Assembly (NCBI RefSeq): GCF_018350175.1
Contig: NC_058383.1
Span: 10,976,001 to 11,040,000 of the forward strand
Direction: 5' to 3'
DNA length: 64,000 nt
From: Felis catus
Lineage: Eukaryota
Shown piece after piece: positions 27,226 to 41,029 of the stretch. Both the position numbers and the translations under genes were made by a program. The notes beneath the pieces are model-generated. The model was not told the DNA's origin and did no database searches. It was given only the letters and a program-made list of their open reading frames with translations. Each line of letters starts with the position of its first letter. Position 1 is the first letter of the stretch.

Positions 27226-27469
27226 AGAGAGAGAGAGAGCCTATACTTGAGCCCTTCTGATTTGGTGCTAATGAAACAAGGAAGGAGAAGACCCTTTTTT
27301 TAGAGCTCTGTTCAGATGTGTTTTCAGAGCAGAGATTAGAAATTTCATTTTATATTTTAAAATTACAATTCTATACCTATTCAAAAGTAGAAAAACTGTG
27401 CGTTGCGTTCCTATATACCTATTTTTCAGATTCATTGATCGTTGAGATTTTTCCACACTGCTCATCTTT

Positions 27470-27926
27470 TTTAAAATTTTTTTTTCAACGTTTATTTATT
27501 TTTTTGGGGACAGAGAGAGACAGAGCATGAACGGGGGAGGGGCAGAGAGAGAGGGAGACACAGAATGGGAAACAGGCTCCAGGCTCTGAGCCATCAGCCC
27601 AGAGCCTGACGCGGGGCTCGAACTCACGGACCGCGAGATCGTGACCTGAGCTGAAGTCGGACGCCCAACCGACTGAGCCACCCAGGCGCCCCAAAAATAA
27701 AATATTTTTTTTAATTTTTTTTTCAACGTTTATTTATTTTTGGGACAGAGACAGACAGAGCATGAACGGGGGAGGGTCAGAGAGAGAGGGAGACACAGAA
27801 TCGGAAACAGGCTCCAGGCTCTGAGCCATCAGCCCAGAGCCTGACGCGGGGCTCGAACTCACGGACCGTGAGATCGTGACCTGGTTGAAGTCGGACGCTT
27901 AACCGACTGCGCCACCCAGGCGCCCC
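27470..27926 (-). mobile_element. Tandem dimer of young SINEC_Fc (27470-27692 and about 27705-27926)
   Basis: Two near-identical antisense elements bracketed by one TSD acactgctcatcttt (27455-27469, 27927-27941). Confidence 0.95.
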
Positions 27927-28727
27927 ACACTGCTCATCTTTGCCTGTCTTTCCTTTGTAAGAATATTATAAAGCAAGTCCCAGGCCCTGTGCCATTCATG
28001 TTGTGTTCCGTGTGCCTCCATGAGTGGTGCTTTCATTTTCTTAACACAGCCACGGTGTCACTGTCACACCTGACACAACTAGCCATTCTTTGTACCCACT
28101 CCTGTCCAGCCCTTTTTCGAATTCCCTCATTCACCCGGAAAGTACCTTTAAAAGTCTTTGTTGAATCTGGATCTAAGCAAGATTCGTGCATTAGCTTTGG
28201 TTGATAACGCTTCTTTTAATGTAAACCAATCTCTGCTTACTGTTTTTATTTCCCATTCCATGAATTCTTTGTGGAAGTTATTTCCTTTTAGAATGCCACA
28301 CTCGTGTGGTTTAAGGGGTAAAGGACATCGGTCTCATGGTTGCAGTACAAGTAAAAGTATAGGCTAAAATAAAATCACTTTGTGTGAGGGAGCCAGTGAA
28401 TGGATTAGCACCTGCACAAAGCATGAAGTAGCAAAAGCCTCCCTCTAAATATTGGGAAAAGTAGTATTTGAGTTACATTCTTTGTCCTCTGTGGTAGTAT
28501 TCTTATCCTTTTATTTCTCAATATTGACAGTTGGTTTATGAGCCCGTGGCACTATGTACGTTGTCTTAGATTCAGGGGAGTCAACTCTACCAAAAGTGAC
28601 CTCGTGATCACGGGCCACTTACAGCTTACATGTGCTGACTTGGGTCTGTTCCAGCATTTCTTGGGTGTGTTTCCAGACCTTTCAAAAAGTTGACCCGTAC
28701 CTTGCTTAGGATTGTACTCCAGTGTGA

Positions 28728-28958
<231 letters not shown>

Positions 28959-29483
28959 TAAGATAATGATCTCCAGAAACAAATGTAGTGCTGTCCTTAA
29001 GAAAAGATGTATAAATTTGATGAAAGCGGGTCTTCTGTTCCTCTCTCGGTTGCACTTACTCTCCGTATTAAAACTTCAGGTGTGTTCGTGTAGATTCATT
29101 GCTTGTGCAGGTGTTTATTTAGTACCAGGCACCAGAGAGACAAAACCGGGCCCAGCAGGAAGCCTGTCCTCGGGAGGCTTATTTTAGAGACACATGCAAT
29201 AAGGTGTTACTAGGTGCTGTGGGGGAGGAGGTCAGGGTGGCGGGGAGGTCGGACAGTTGTGCACGAACAGCAGTGGAAAGGGGGCTTCAAATGAAGGAGA
29301 CAGTAAAAGTAGAGAAGGGAAGTGTCACGTAACCGCACCATTCTGGGTGGACGTGGTGGTGCCTTGTGGGTGTGGCATGGTAAGCCAGGCCGACGTGGGC
29401 GCGCGGATGAAGGCCTTCTGTCCTACACTGTCAGCGGAGTCATTGAAAGGTTTTAAAGCCAGTTCCACTTAAAATAATTTGGA

Positions 29484-29830
29484 GGGGTTCCTGCGGGAGG
29501 CTCAGTCAATATAGCGTGCAGCTCTTGATCTTAGACTTGCGAGTTCAAGCCCAGCGTTGGGTGTAGAGCTTCCTGTAAAAATAAAAATGGTGAGGGCACA
29601 TGGGTGGCTCAGTTGGTTAAGCATCTGACTTCAACTCAGGTCATGATCTCTCGGCTTGTGGATTTGAGCCACGCATCCGGCTCTGAGCTGTCAGCACAGA
29701 GCCTGCTTCGGATCCTCTGTCTCTCTCTGCCCTTCCCCCAGTCATGTTTGCTCCAACACACACACTCTTGTGTTTCCCTCTCTCTCAAAAATAAATATAC
29801 ATTTAAATAAAATTACTGTAAATAAAAATA
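29484..29830 (+). mobile_element. Short CAN-SINE (29484-29590) with a longer CAN-SINE (29594-29830) in its tail
   Basis: Two heads; outer TSD aataatttgga. Confidence 0.88.
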
Positions 29831-30371
29831 ATAATTTGGATTTGCATTTTAAAAGGATTCTTCTGGCTTGATTTTGAAGGTAGCAGAATGGATGATTGGG
29901 AGGCGGGGAGAGGATACAGAAGGGCTGTCTTTACTACAGAAGGGTGCGATAGGGGTAGAATCCATAGGTCTGGCTTACTCTCTGGGGCCCGTGCATTTGT
30001 CTACGTGATCACTGGGTCGCACCGTGTCGGGGAGAGGGATCTTTAGGACAACACACATAGGTATTTCGAGCTTTATTAGGAGGGCGTTCCTCTGAGGTTT
30101 TAGAAACGGCAGGTTGAACTGTTTGGGGCCAAAAGCCAACTGTTTTTGCAAGGTTGAGTACCTAATGCCTTTGAAGACACACAGGTTGTAAACCTGAAGC
30201 TGTGCAAATTGCTGTTTTCAAAATGATCGCGTCCTCAGAACGATTTTTCCCCCACTGGAAATGAAGGCGGGATGATCCATGTTGGACATCGTTGGCAGTG
30301 CACAGCCGCGTGGGGAGGGCCTTCAGGGTGTTCCCGCGCTCCCGTTACTAACTTCCGCCGCGTTCTTACAG

Positions 30372-30430
30372 ACCGGAGCTTCTGACTCACAGTACTACTG
30401 AAGTCACTCAGCCGAGAACGAATACCCCAG
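30372..30430 (+). CDS. GTF2I: GTF2I exon 19 (59 nt linker)
   Basis: (R)PELLTHSTTEVTQPRTNTP; acag/gtaaga. Confidence 0.96.
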
Positions 30431-30689
30431 GTAAGATAGTTGTGAATCCCTTGTAAAAACTGGATCAGTGTTTTTTAAGCTTTTTGACGATCTTTTAAAG
30501 TGATGTACTTGTCTTCCCCCCCCCCCCCCCCCCAAATCATACGTGGACACTTGACACTCACCCTCCTCTTGATTTATCAGCACAAACACAGGGAGGTCGG
30601 CGGTGTGTTTAGATCAGTGGGGTTCAGTAGACGTATAATGTGCCTCACAGATGAAGCCTCGTGTGTCATTTTGAATTTTCTCGTGGCCG

Positions 30690-30860
30690 GATGTGACGTG
30701 TGTCATTCTGGCATTTCTGGTAGCCCGACCCGTGTGGGTAAACACACGACCAGGCGAATCTCTGGCGCATACGTTGCACTGGGAGCGCATCTCACCGCGG
30801 CGGCCACATTTCAAGTGCTTGGCTGCCACGTGTGGCCGGTGCGGCCGACCGTGCAGATCC
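30690..30860. mobile_element. hAT-Charlie MER3/MER33-like DNA transposon remnant
   Basis: gccacatttcaagtgct..gccacgtgtggc matches the recalled MER3 end motif. Confidence 0.6.
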
Positions 30861-31223
30861 CAGCCTTCGTCTTTATTCGCGCAGCCTGTTGTCCTAACGG
30901 CACAGCTGTGATCGCAGCAGCTGCACTGACCCCGTAGCCCAGCAGAACTGTGGGCTCTCCGGCTCAGCTGTGTGAATGGTTTTCTTTTCTCCATTGGAGC
31001 TATAAGGCAGCCTTTATTTCTTTGCCATCTTTTTGTTGGCCACTGCATAAGGCCAGGAAAAGTGACCCCAGCTCGCACGTCTTCTACAGTGTTACAAACT
31101 TCTGTTGCCAAGAACTAGTGGCCGTTTCTGAACTTGGCCAACTAATTGTTCTGGTAAATATTGCAGTATTTACCATACATGCTGTGGTATACAAGATACC
31201 TGTACTAAACTACAGATCCTTCA

Positions 31224-31357
31224 GGGGCGCCTGGCTGGCTCAGTCGGTGGAGCCTGTGACTCTTGATCTTGGGGTTGTGAGTTCAAGTCCCACTTTGGGT
31301 GTGGAGTTTAGTTAAAAATAAAAATATTTTAAAACAATTAATTAATTAAAAAATAAA
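31224..31357 (+). mobile_element. Short tRNA-Lys-derived CAN-SINE
   Basis: ggggcgcctggctggctcagtcggtggagc..gagttcaagtccc, A-rich tail. Confidence 0.88.
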
Positions 31358-31789
31358 GGTCAACATACTGATCCCTCAGCTCTGAGAGTACCTGGGGGCA
31401 ACTGGTGAAGGTCAGCCAGTAAGCCGGCTATGTTGTAAAGTCATTTGTGTTTATAACCACGTGCAAAGGGATTGAGAAATACTGTACAAGGGAAACAGAA
31501 TTCTCCTGTGCCCCAAATCCTGCGGGGGAAACAGTGTGATCAGTTGAGCATCAAGAATCTACATGACGACCTCCTCAGCATGCTGTTGATTTAGGCAAAG
31601 AGACAGTATTGGTAATGACCTGAAGATTGGAGATGACTTAGACTTTTGCTGAGGGAAGTAATGGAAAGAAAGTATTCCCCAGGGTCGAACCGGATTAACG
31701 TGGATTAGCGTGAATATGATGGAAGTCTCTGTATGAGTCTTCGTTTCTCCAGGCAGATGTCAATTCAAGGTTGTGATTAACGTGATCAC

Positions 31790-32002
31790 TTTTTTTTTTT
31801 TAACGTTTATTTCTTTTTGAGAGACAGAGACAGAGTGCGAGCGGGGGAGGGGCAGAGAGAGAGGGAGACACAGAATCGGAAGCAGGCTCCAGGCTCTGAG
31901 CCGTCAGCACAGAGCTCGATGTGGGGCTCGAACTCACGGCCTGCGAGATCATGACCTGAGCTGAAGTCGGACGCTTAACCGACTGAGCCACCCAGGCGCC
32001 CC
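31790..32002 (-). mobile_element. SINEC_Fc
   Basis: Antisense full-length element; TSD aa(c/t)gtgatcactt. Confidence 0.95.
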
Positions 32003-32917
32003 AATGTGATCACTTCTTAATAATTCTGATCGTGACTGCAAACCTGAGGATGTTCGATACGTGCCCGGCACCACAGATTGAGAGGTCCCATTTTTAGCAG
32101 TACTTGATCTGTTGTCTTCTGACATAGATAGCCGAAAAGCCCGTCATCGAAAGAAAAATCTCGGTAATCTGAATCATTAATAATACTTGGCCTCCCACCG
32201 TTCATAGGTGATCTTGGCAAGAGTTAAAGTTGGCAAATGTCTGCCAGTGAACCAGGCACTAGTCTCTTGCTGGCCCAGCTCAAGTCTCACTGCACGACAG
32301 AATTTAGTTCTGCCACTCAAGAGGTCGACTTAATTCTTGGAATGACACACAATTCGGTAAAAGCTGTAGGCTTAAATACGCCGTGGGGACACTCTGCCCT
32401 CCGTTTGGTAAAAGATTTGCATAGTGGCACACGTGAGAAAGTCTTGGAGTTAGCCAGGTAACTGAGCTTTGAAGGGGCAGAACAAGAAGGGTCACTTGAT
32501 TCCCGAAGTAGCTCAGACATCTTCTTGCATTACAATGGCAGGTACCAGCTGTTCTAAGGAGGTGTTGGGTGAGGCAGGAACTGGGTAGGTGAGCAGAAGC
32601 CCTTGACCTTGGAGAAGGGGAGTCTGGATGTCTTTGTAGTAATATTTCAAATTTGGTTTGTACCAAATGTACATCCTCCGGCCGAACGGTTGAGGCACAC
32701 CATAGTAAACCCTTGAGATGCTAGGATTTCGTTTAAAGGAACAGTTTTAAAGTACTTCTACAGTAAGAGTGAACAGTGTGTTGCAAGGTTTTCCGAAACC
32801 ACCGACCTTTACTAGCATTTCCAGAACTTGCCCAGCATCTCCCACTGCCTTTGTCCGAAGACACAGACCCCTAGACCCCTTCCACGCCGAATGTGATCCT
32901 TGCTCTCTGCCTTCCCA

Positions 32918-32923
<6 letters not shown>

Positions 32924-32987
<64 letters not shown>
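32924..32987. repeat. Perfect (CT)n microsatellite, about 31-32 units
   Basis: Uninterrupted tctctc run; source of the SLSL/ERER ORFs. Confidence 0.95.
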
Positions 32988-32989
<2 letters not shown>

Positions 32990-33170
32990 CTTCCCTCCTT
33001 TATTTGTCCAGCCTCTCCCATCACCTAATAGTGCCTCCAAGGCCCTCTCCATCCACAGCTCCAGCAAATAAGCCCTGAGTGTCTGTTCAAGTAAGTGACC
33101 TCCTATGTGTCTTCCATAATGGCCCATTTCCCTGTATTTTTATTTACATTTGAAAGGCGATGGTTGTCCT

Positions 33171-33265
33171 GGCACTTGGCTGGCTCAGTTGGTAGAGGGT
33201 GTGACTCTTGAGCCCCAGGTTGGGTGTGGAGCCTACTTAAAATAAACATTAAAAACACAAAAAAA
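33171..33265 (+). mobile_element. Short, deleted CAN-SINE
   Basis: tRNA-like head; TSD gatggttgtc. Confidence 0.75.
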
Positions 33266-33815
33266 ATTTTAAGGGGATGGTTGTCTTGTAAACAGGGGTA
33301 AAGAAATAAACCAGATTATAGATGTGTTTAGTGACATCTACCTAATCCCTTTAACGTGTATTCCTACCATTTATTTCTGTGAATAATGAAGTTTTGCTTT
33401 CTACGGATTTCTAGCCACACATCCGTTTGATAAAACAAGGATGTCTGCATAGAAAGCAAATGTAATTGAAGCTGTTGTGGTTGAACCTGGCATGGGAAGC
33501 CTGGCTCTGTACCAGCTGGTCCTCCTTGACCTGTCAGGATCCTGTGCTGGGTCTCCACGGAGGAGCCACTTGTAAAGCACTCGCCGAGAGCAATCTTGCC
33601 GGCACGTTCTTTGTTGACAGTGTGAACCGATACTTGCATTCCATCTTCCTGAAGTTCTGCTATTTGACAGGTGCAGGGAATCCTTTTTCTCCTGAAGACC
33701 CAAAGTTTTTGTTTGTAAACGAAATCGAATGAAGAGTGTCACTGGATTGTGCTCCCTAAACTGCCACTGTGTTGTATATGAGATACATCTCGGTCTTTTA
33801 AAAAAGAACATCACT

Positions 33816-34207
<392 letters not shown>

Positions 34208-35014
34208 TAAAACCCAGTGATTATGTCTTAGTTTAGAAACCTAAATGAAAGGCAGGTTCTGAATGAATGGTAGCACTACAGAACCTACGGAAGGAAGGTC
34301 CCAGAAACTGGGTTTTAGTTGATGTCTGCTCCTTACCCTGAGCACCTTACTTTATTTCTCTTGGATTCAGTTGTGTGGTGTGTGGTGGGGAGAAGCTGGG
34401 GCGCGGGGGGGATCTCCGCCCCACCGTCTGCACTTCGAGTCCGGCTACCACACACGGGCGGCAAATAAGTCTCGTTTGTTTCAGCTTAGATTTGGTGACA
34501 GCTAGCTGTTGACCGCTGTCTTGAGGATTCTGAGGGGATTCAGCAGGAGTGTTTCAGTTGATTGGGTGTGTGTGTGTCATGGAAAAGGAAGTAAGGAGTG
34601 GGAGTGACAGCAGCGTCCCTGGGGCCTTCCCATCCGTCATTTTTGTACCTGGTGTGAACGTTCTGTGGCCTGGATCTGGAATCTGCCGCCTCTGCCTCTG
34701 ATCTAACATGATGAGCTCTGCTTAGGTGCACCGCATACGGCTCTTGTCTTTCAACGGCCACTTGTCTCTTTGGGCATGAAATGGCCCGTAGTTCGTTTCT
34801 GCACAGAGCACAGAGATCACTTTGGCTAGAATGTTCTTTTTACAAGTACTTATTTCTTAGGCCCATTCTTCAGTTTTGCACGGTACACTACGCAAAATGC
34901 TTCCAATAATTGAGTGGAGGCTCCCCCTTAAAAAGAGATAATGGTGAGCGGAGATTGCTAGGTGGTAGGGAATTTTTGCATAACACATTTGAGAATGCCA
35001 GGATGTTAGCTCGA

Positions 35015-35112
35015 CTTCTTGTGATCATTTTGCAGTTTGTACAAATACCAATCATTCTGTTGTACATCTGAAATTAGTATAATGTTATATGTCAAATATA
35101 CCTTGATAAGAT
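35015..35112 (+). mobile_element. L1 3' terminal fragment
   Basis: tgttgtacatctgaaattagtataatgttatatgtcaaatatacc is a typical L1 3' end. Confidence 0.65.
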
Positions 35113-35114
35113 AA

Positions 35115-35405
<291 letters not shown>

Positions 35406-36046
35406 TAAGTTCGATTTGCCACTGTAGTCATTCCTGGAATTAAAACAGTAACGTTCTGTTTCTGTTTAAAGTTTTTTCTGGCTACAGGCGACCCCTAAGG
35501 CTTTGTGGTCCGTGATGGGTAGACACAGCTCTGAGCTGCGGTCCTGGCATTGGCCGCTGCCTTTGCACATCCCTTAACCTGTACTTGATCTCCGTCATAC
35601 AAGGAGAATGCTAACACCTGCCTCGCAGGGGTGGTGTTCAGCTTGGGCAGAGACGCTGTGCTGACTCTTGAGCATTCCTAAATGCTGAGTAGAGAGTGAA
35701 GAGTCAGATTTTTCTCTGCTCCGTTATTCCTCATTAAGCTTGTGCGCAGCTGAATTCCCACAATTATGTTCCTTACTTACACGTCTGCAGAATTTCCACT
35801 GTTGCAGCAACTAAACTGTTGTTAGTGAATTTTCATTTTCAGGAAAGAAGTCATTTACTCTTCATAAAACCAAGTAGCAGATTACCGTGGGAGGGGGGGT
35901 AATTAATTCTGTAATACACAGAATTAATTGTGTATTACATGATGATGGCCTTTAGTAACAGAATCTCTGGTCATGATGATGCTTACGGTCTGTGAAGACC
36001 AGTGTCGTGTCCTGGCTCTTGTAATGTTTCTTGGTTTTCTTTCTAG

Positions 36047-36105
36047 ACCTGAACTAGTTATCTCCTATTTGCCTCCGGGAATGGCTAGCAAAATAAACAC
36101 TAAAG
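36047..36105 (+). CDS. GTF2I: GTF2I exon 22 (59 nt linker)
   Basis: (K)PELVISYLPPGMASKINTK; ctag/gtaaga. Confidence 0.96.
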
Positions 36106-36489
36106 GTAAGACATGATATATACTCTTTATTAACCTCAGTGCATTAAAACATTCTTTATCGACATGACCTAAGTCACACAGAATCATTGGCCAGTATCTT
36201 TTTGGGGCTTTCGGTTTGTTTGTTTGCTTGCTTCCCACCCCCCCCCACCCCCCGCCCAGGTGTTTTATGTAATGGACCCCTCATAACTACCACCACCCCT
36301 TTTTCTTTTTTTAACATTTTGTTGAAAATTTCATGTTTGCATGAAACATGCATGTTTGCATGTTTTGTTGAAAATTTCATTCATGTGTCCACAGCTTTGT
36401 TGAGACTCATGTGGAGGATTAAACTTCCAATTGAATCCTTTCGGTTTCCTCCAAAAAATCCAGACTGTATAAATTTTAATACTCTGCTT

Positions 36490-36715
36490 TCTTTCTTTTT
36501 TTTCTTTTAATTTTTCTTTTTTTATGTTTATTTTTGAGAGAGAGAGTGTGAGCAGGGGAGGAGCAGAGAGAGAGAGAGGGACACACAGAATCCAATGCAG
36601 GCTTCAGGTTCTGAGCTGTAAGCACACAGCCCGACACGGGGCTCGAACTCACGAATGGTGAGATCGTGACCTGAGCCGAAGTCGGATGCTTAACTGACTG
36701 AGCCACCCAGGCGCC
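36490..36715 (-). mobile_element. SINEC_Fc between exons 22 and 23
   Basis: Antisense full-length element. Confidence 0.93.
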
Positions 36716-36805
36716 TGGGTGTTTGGCGCACTCTGCTTCTGGGTTGTTTTTTGTTTGTTTGTTTGTTTTGGTTTGTTTTGGTTTTTTTACAGTACACAGA
36801 AGTAA

Positions 36806-36916
<111 letters not shown>

Positions 36917-37506
36917 TAGGTTTCTGATGATTCTTCAGTTTACAGTTTGTTTTTATGCAAATGAATTTTTACAAAACTGGGCTTAGGTGTGAAGAGCTGC
37001 CTCTTGTAAATTTCAGAACTGTTCCTATTCAGAATTTCCCAACGGTCCATGTGGTGTTCTTGGAGCACTTTGTAATCTGCTTGCAGGACGATCCCTAAGA
37101 GGCTTTTCTTTCCTCCTAATAAAGTAAAGGGTGCAGAGAGCAATACGTAGGGTTCTTTTCTCCTCTCTTTTTTTTTCCTATTCTTTGCAGTAAAGAGTTG
37201 AGGTATGGTTGAAACAGCAGTGCCTTGGATTAAACTCGTTCCTACGTCTTCAAACTAACTCCTTCTCCACTCCCAGGGGGTCTGTGGAGGGACTCATCTT
37301 TGCAGGTTCACGGGGTTAGAGTACTTCACCCCGTATAGGTGGCTCTCCGCCTGTTGTCCAGGATGGTTACTACCCTCCGTCTCTGCAATTAACACAGAAA
37401 GAAAGGCCCGCTTCAGTAGGATGATTCTTTGTTGTCACATAACCTCAAGTTTTGTGTTAATGGTTTACAGTACTAGGTGATGCCTCAGCCCCCATTTTGT
37501 TATCTC

Positions 37507-37590
37507 GGGGGCACCTGGTAGAGCATGCAGCTGTTGATCCCAGGGCCGTGAGTTCAAGCCCCACGTTGGGCAGGGAGCCTACTTAAAATG
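37507..37590 (+). mobile_element. Short, deleted CAN-SINE
   Basis: gagttcaagccccacgttggg B-box segment. Confidence 0.75.
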
Positions 37591-38124
37591 CGAGTATAAG
37601 TAAGCTCTTGGTTAGGAGTTACAGGTTAGAGAAACAGAGAAATAAAGAGTTAATATGATTGGGTCTATAGAAGTAAGTTTACCAGGTACAGTTTTAAGAT
37701 TGTATTCTATTGTAACCAACTGTGACTTTACAAAGAGGGAGATGCATGTTTTTCTTACATAAAAGAAATTTTGAATGTAGATTACCCTTTAGTAGCTCAG
37801 AAATTAGGAGGCGAGGCTGGCTTCTCGGTTTCCTCTTGTCCCTTCTTTCACGGATACGAGATGACCAGTGGAGCTTCTGGGATTAGGTGTACGTGCAAAG
37901 CAAGACACAGAGGAGATACAGTATCAGCCCTGCCTGGACCCATTGTCTGCAAAGGCCGATGTAGTATTTAAGGGGATCTATTTAGTGAAGAGCTGTGTCC
38001 GTGTCCAGGAACATTCTGCCAATTTATGGCCGGGGGTGGGTGGGTGGTATTTTGTTTGCACTGTACTAATATTCTGTTTTAAATAATAAATTGTGCTGGT
38101 TTGGGAGTTTTTAACTTTAAGAAA

Positions 38125-38790
38125 TAAATGTATTAGGTATAATTTCGACCTAGTAAAATGCACCCATTGTGATTGTACAGTTTGAGTTTTGAGACATGTT
38201 TGCCCCACTACTTCAGTCAGCTTCTGGAACACATCCACCACCCTGGGATGCCCCCGTGCTCCTCAGCAGCCAGTCCCCCTGGCCACCACTGCTCTGCTTT
38301 TTTATCACCGTGGAATACTTTTGCCTGTTCTGGAATCTTCTATAAGTGGAGTCCTACTGTATCTATTCTTTTTATGGTCCGATGCTTTTTCTCCATCTAA
38401 CACTCTCAGATTTACATTTTATGCGGCATTTTAGCACTCCATTTTTAGTGCTCAGTGTTCCTCTGTGGCGTGGATTCACCATGTTTTGTTGATACATTTG
38501 TCAGTGGACATTCAGGTTTGTTTCCAGCCTTGTCTAAAAACGATGCTGCAAACGTTTGTGTACAAAGTGCGGCATACGCCCTCCTCCCCTTGAGGGGTAT
38601 TTAGTCGAGAATCGGGGAGTTGTTAGCATTCTGTGAAACTGCCAAACAATCTTCCAAAGTGGTTTTCTTGTTGCATACTCCTGCCAGGGATACGTGCATT
38701 CCAGTTGCCTCACATCCTCTCCATACTTGACGTTGTCGTTATTTTAAATGTAGCTGGGCAGTGGGTGTGTGGTGTTATTTCACGTAACCG
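38125..38790 (-). mobile_element. Old L1M 3' fragment
   Basis: ggtataatt..agtaaaatgcacccatt..tgtacagtttgagttttg; aactgccaaacaatcttccaaagtgg; ccagttgcctcacatcctc. Confidence 0.7.
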
Positions 38791-39827
38791 TAAGTGTGAA
38801 TGCTGCTTTATTCATGTAGGGTAAGAGCTAGATACTTTCATCCGCTCGGTTCTGTCTGCCGGCCACAAGTGTCTCCCTGTCTCACCCTGTTAGAATCGCC
38901 AGCATCGAGTTAGAAGCAGAGGTGTGGGCTGGGTGCCTCTAGTAGCCTGTGGGAGGGCCATGGTGACAGGGTGGCCTGATGGCCTCTGTGTGGGTTATAC
39001 CTGCTGGCTAAACCAGGCTGCTGGCGCCAACTAGCCCAGAGTCCCTGGGCTCTCATCACCTTGCCGTCTTGAAGAAGCTGTCGTTTTGACTCAGGAGTTC
39101 TGAAATAACTAGAGTAGAATGTTGCATCTTGACGTTTTATAGAGAATCACAGATAACATTTCATCTTGAGTCTCCCATTCACGTCATCACCTCTGACACT
39201 CGTGAGGGTTTTCTGAGGCCGTGTACATCCAGGCCAAGTACAGCAGGTGGAAGTGGCCGCACCCATGCTGAGGCCCCCCGTTGCCCAGATGTAGGAAAGA
39301 CTCAAGTTCGGGTGTGCGAGCACATCAGAGAGACCGCGTGGTGGTGGAGACCAAGGAGCCAGACTCCGACGGTTATCCCGCCTCCGAACCTTGGCCGCTG
39401 TGCGGTCGACTGCAAATTACATAGCCCCTGGGACTCAGTTTCTCTGTGGTTGAAATGGACATGGTAACGATCCCTGTGAAAAGTAAGTTAGTTAAAACAC
39501 ATAATGTGCTTGGGACAGTGACTCTGTGCACCTTTAGCTGTGGTAATGTCACTGCAGACCGTTCCCCAAGCAGAAGTCTTTTATGTGAAGATAAGCATAG
39601 GAAGTAGGTAACTCCATAGAAAGGTAATTTAGGTGAAAGTCCAGAGCTATACAGATATTTCTGCAAGTCGGGAAGTTCAGAGTTTGAAGCTGAATCTTTA
39701 GAATATTGGTTGTTTTCTAAAGAAATCTGAATAAACTTAATTTCTTTTTATTTTCCCATTATTTTGGCTATTTTCCTTACTGTTTAAAAATCGCTGGCTG
39801 GCTTCAGATTAAAATCAGCTTATTAAT

Positions 39828-40039
39828 GGGGTGCCTGGGTGGCTCAGTCGGTTGGGCATCCGACTTCGGCTCAGGTCATGATCTCACAGTCCGTGAGTTC
39901 GAGCCCCGTGTCGGGCTCTGTGCTGACAGCTCAGAGCCCGGAGCCTGCTTCGGATTCTGTGTCTCCCTGTCTCTCTGCGCCTCCCCTGCTCATGCTCTGT
40001 CTCTCTCTGTCTCAAAAATAAATAAAACATTAAAAAAAA
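39828..40039 (+). mobile_element. SINEC_Fc
   Basis: TSD aaaatcagcttatta. Confidence 0.95.
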
Positions 40040-40569
40040 TCAGCTTATTATTTAAGCATTAGGTGACCCTACATAAAGAAGACTCAGGGCTTGGGGTTTA
40101 TTAAGAATAACCTAAGCTAATCCTCCTTACATTCAGTGGAAGAAAGCAGTTTCCTATAACATTGTTTCTAAATTGTACCCAGAATTCAAAGGAAGGGTGT
40201 TTCCAGAGTCAGCTAGAGTGTCCAAAGGAAAGCCCTTCGCACCTGCAGCTGTGGTTAAGTAAGGGTTGAAAGGAACGTGAGCAAACATAGCTCACCAAAA
40301 ACTCAATGGCTCCGGAGGGCACGGGGACGCACAAAGTGAAGCGAGGGCACCTCCGATGTTCCAGAAAATTGATTACGTTTGGGGCAAAAAATGACTGACT
40401 GTAGGGACGGCAGTAGATAAACGGGTGGAGGGAGGGCTGTGACACCGTGCGTCCTGCCCGTTTTCACTGCGCCATGCTTGTGTGCTGTTTGAATGTCACT
40501 TTGTTTTTTGGGCACGTGTCCCAGAGAAAGCGTAAGCAGTACTTAAACGTGATTGAATTCATGCATTGA

Positions 40570-40740
<171 letters not shown>

Positions 40741-40757
40741 TAAAAGGAACCAATCCA

Positions 40758-40983
40758 GGTGCCTGGGTGGCTGACGGTTAAGCGTACGACTTGGGCTCAG
40801 GTCACGATCTCACGGTTTGTGGGTTCGAGCCCCGTATCAGGCGCTGTGCTGACAGCTCAGAGCCTGGAACCTGCTTCAGATTCTGGGTCTCCCACTTTTC
40901 TGCCTTTTCCCGCTTGTGCACCCTCTCTCTTTTTTCTCAAAAATAAATATATAAATATTTAAAAATTTTTTAAATAAAAGAAA
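40758..40983 (+). mobile_element. CAN-SINE
   Basis: Head, CT tract and A tail. Confidence 0.9.
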
Positions 40984-41029
40984 ACAATACAAATACTTAA
41001 ATTTTTTAGGTGAGTTGTTTTCTATCTGG

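Noticed and set aside
31224..31310. tRNA-Lys(CTT)-like sequences (also at 12260, 17770, 22488, 23278, 29484)
   Set aside because: They have SINE 5' leaders, altered anticodon loops (cttga), A-rich tails and often TSDs; these are short CAN-SINEs, not tRNA genes
32747..33127. ERERER/SLSLSL ORFs
   Set aside because: Translation of the (CT)n microsatellite
35935..36000. Possible intronic C/D snoRNA (two ATGATGA boxes before exon 22)
   Set aside because: No terminal CTGA D box (ctgtga instead) and no closing stem seen
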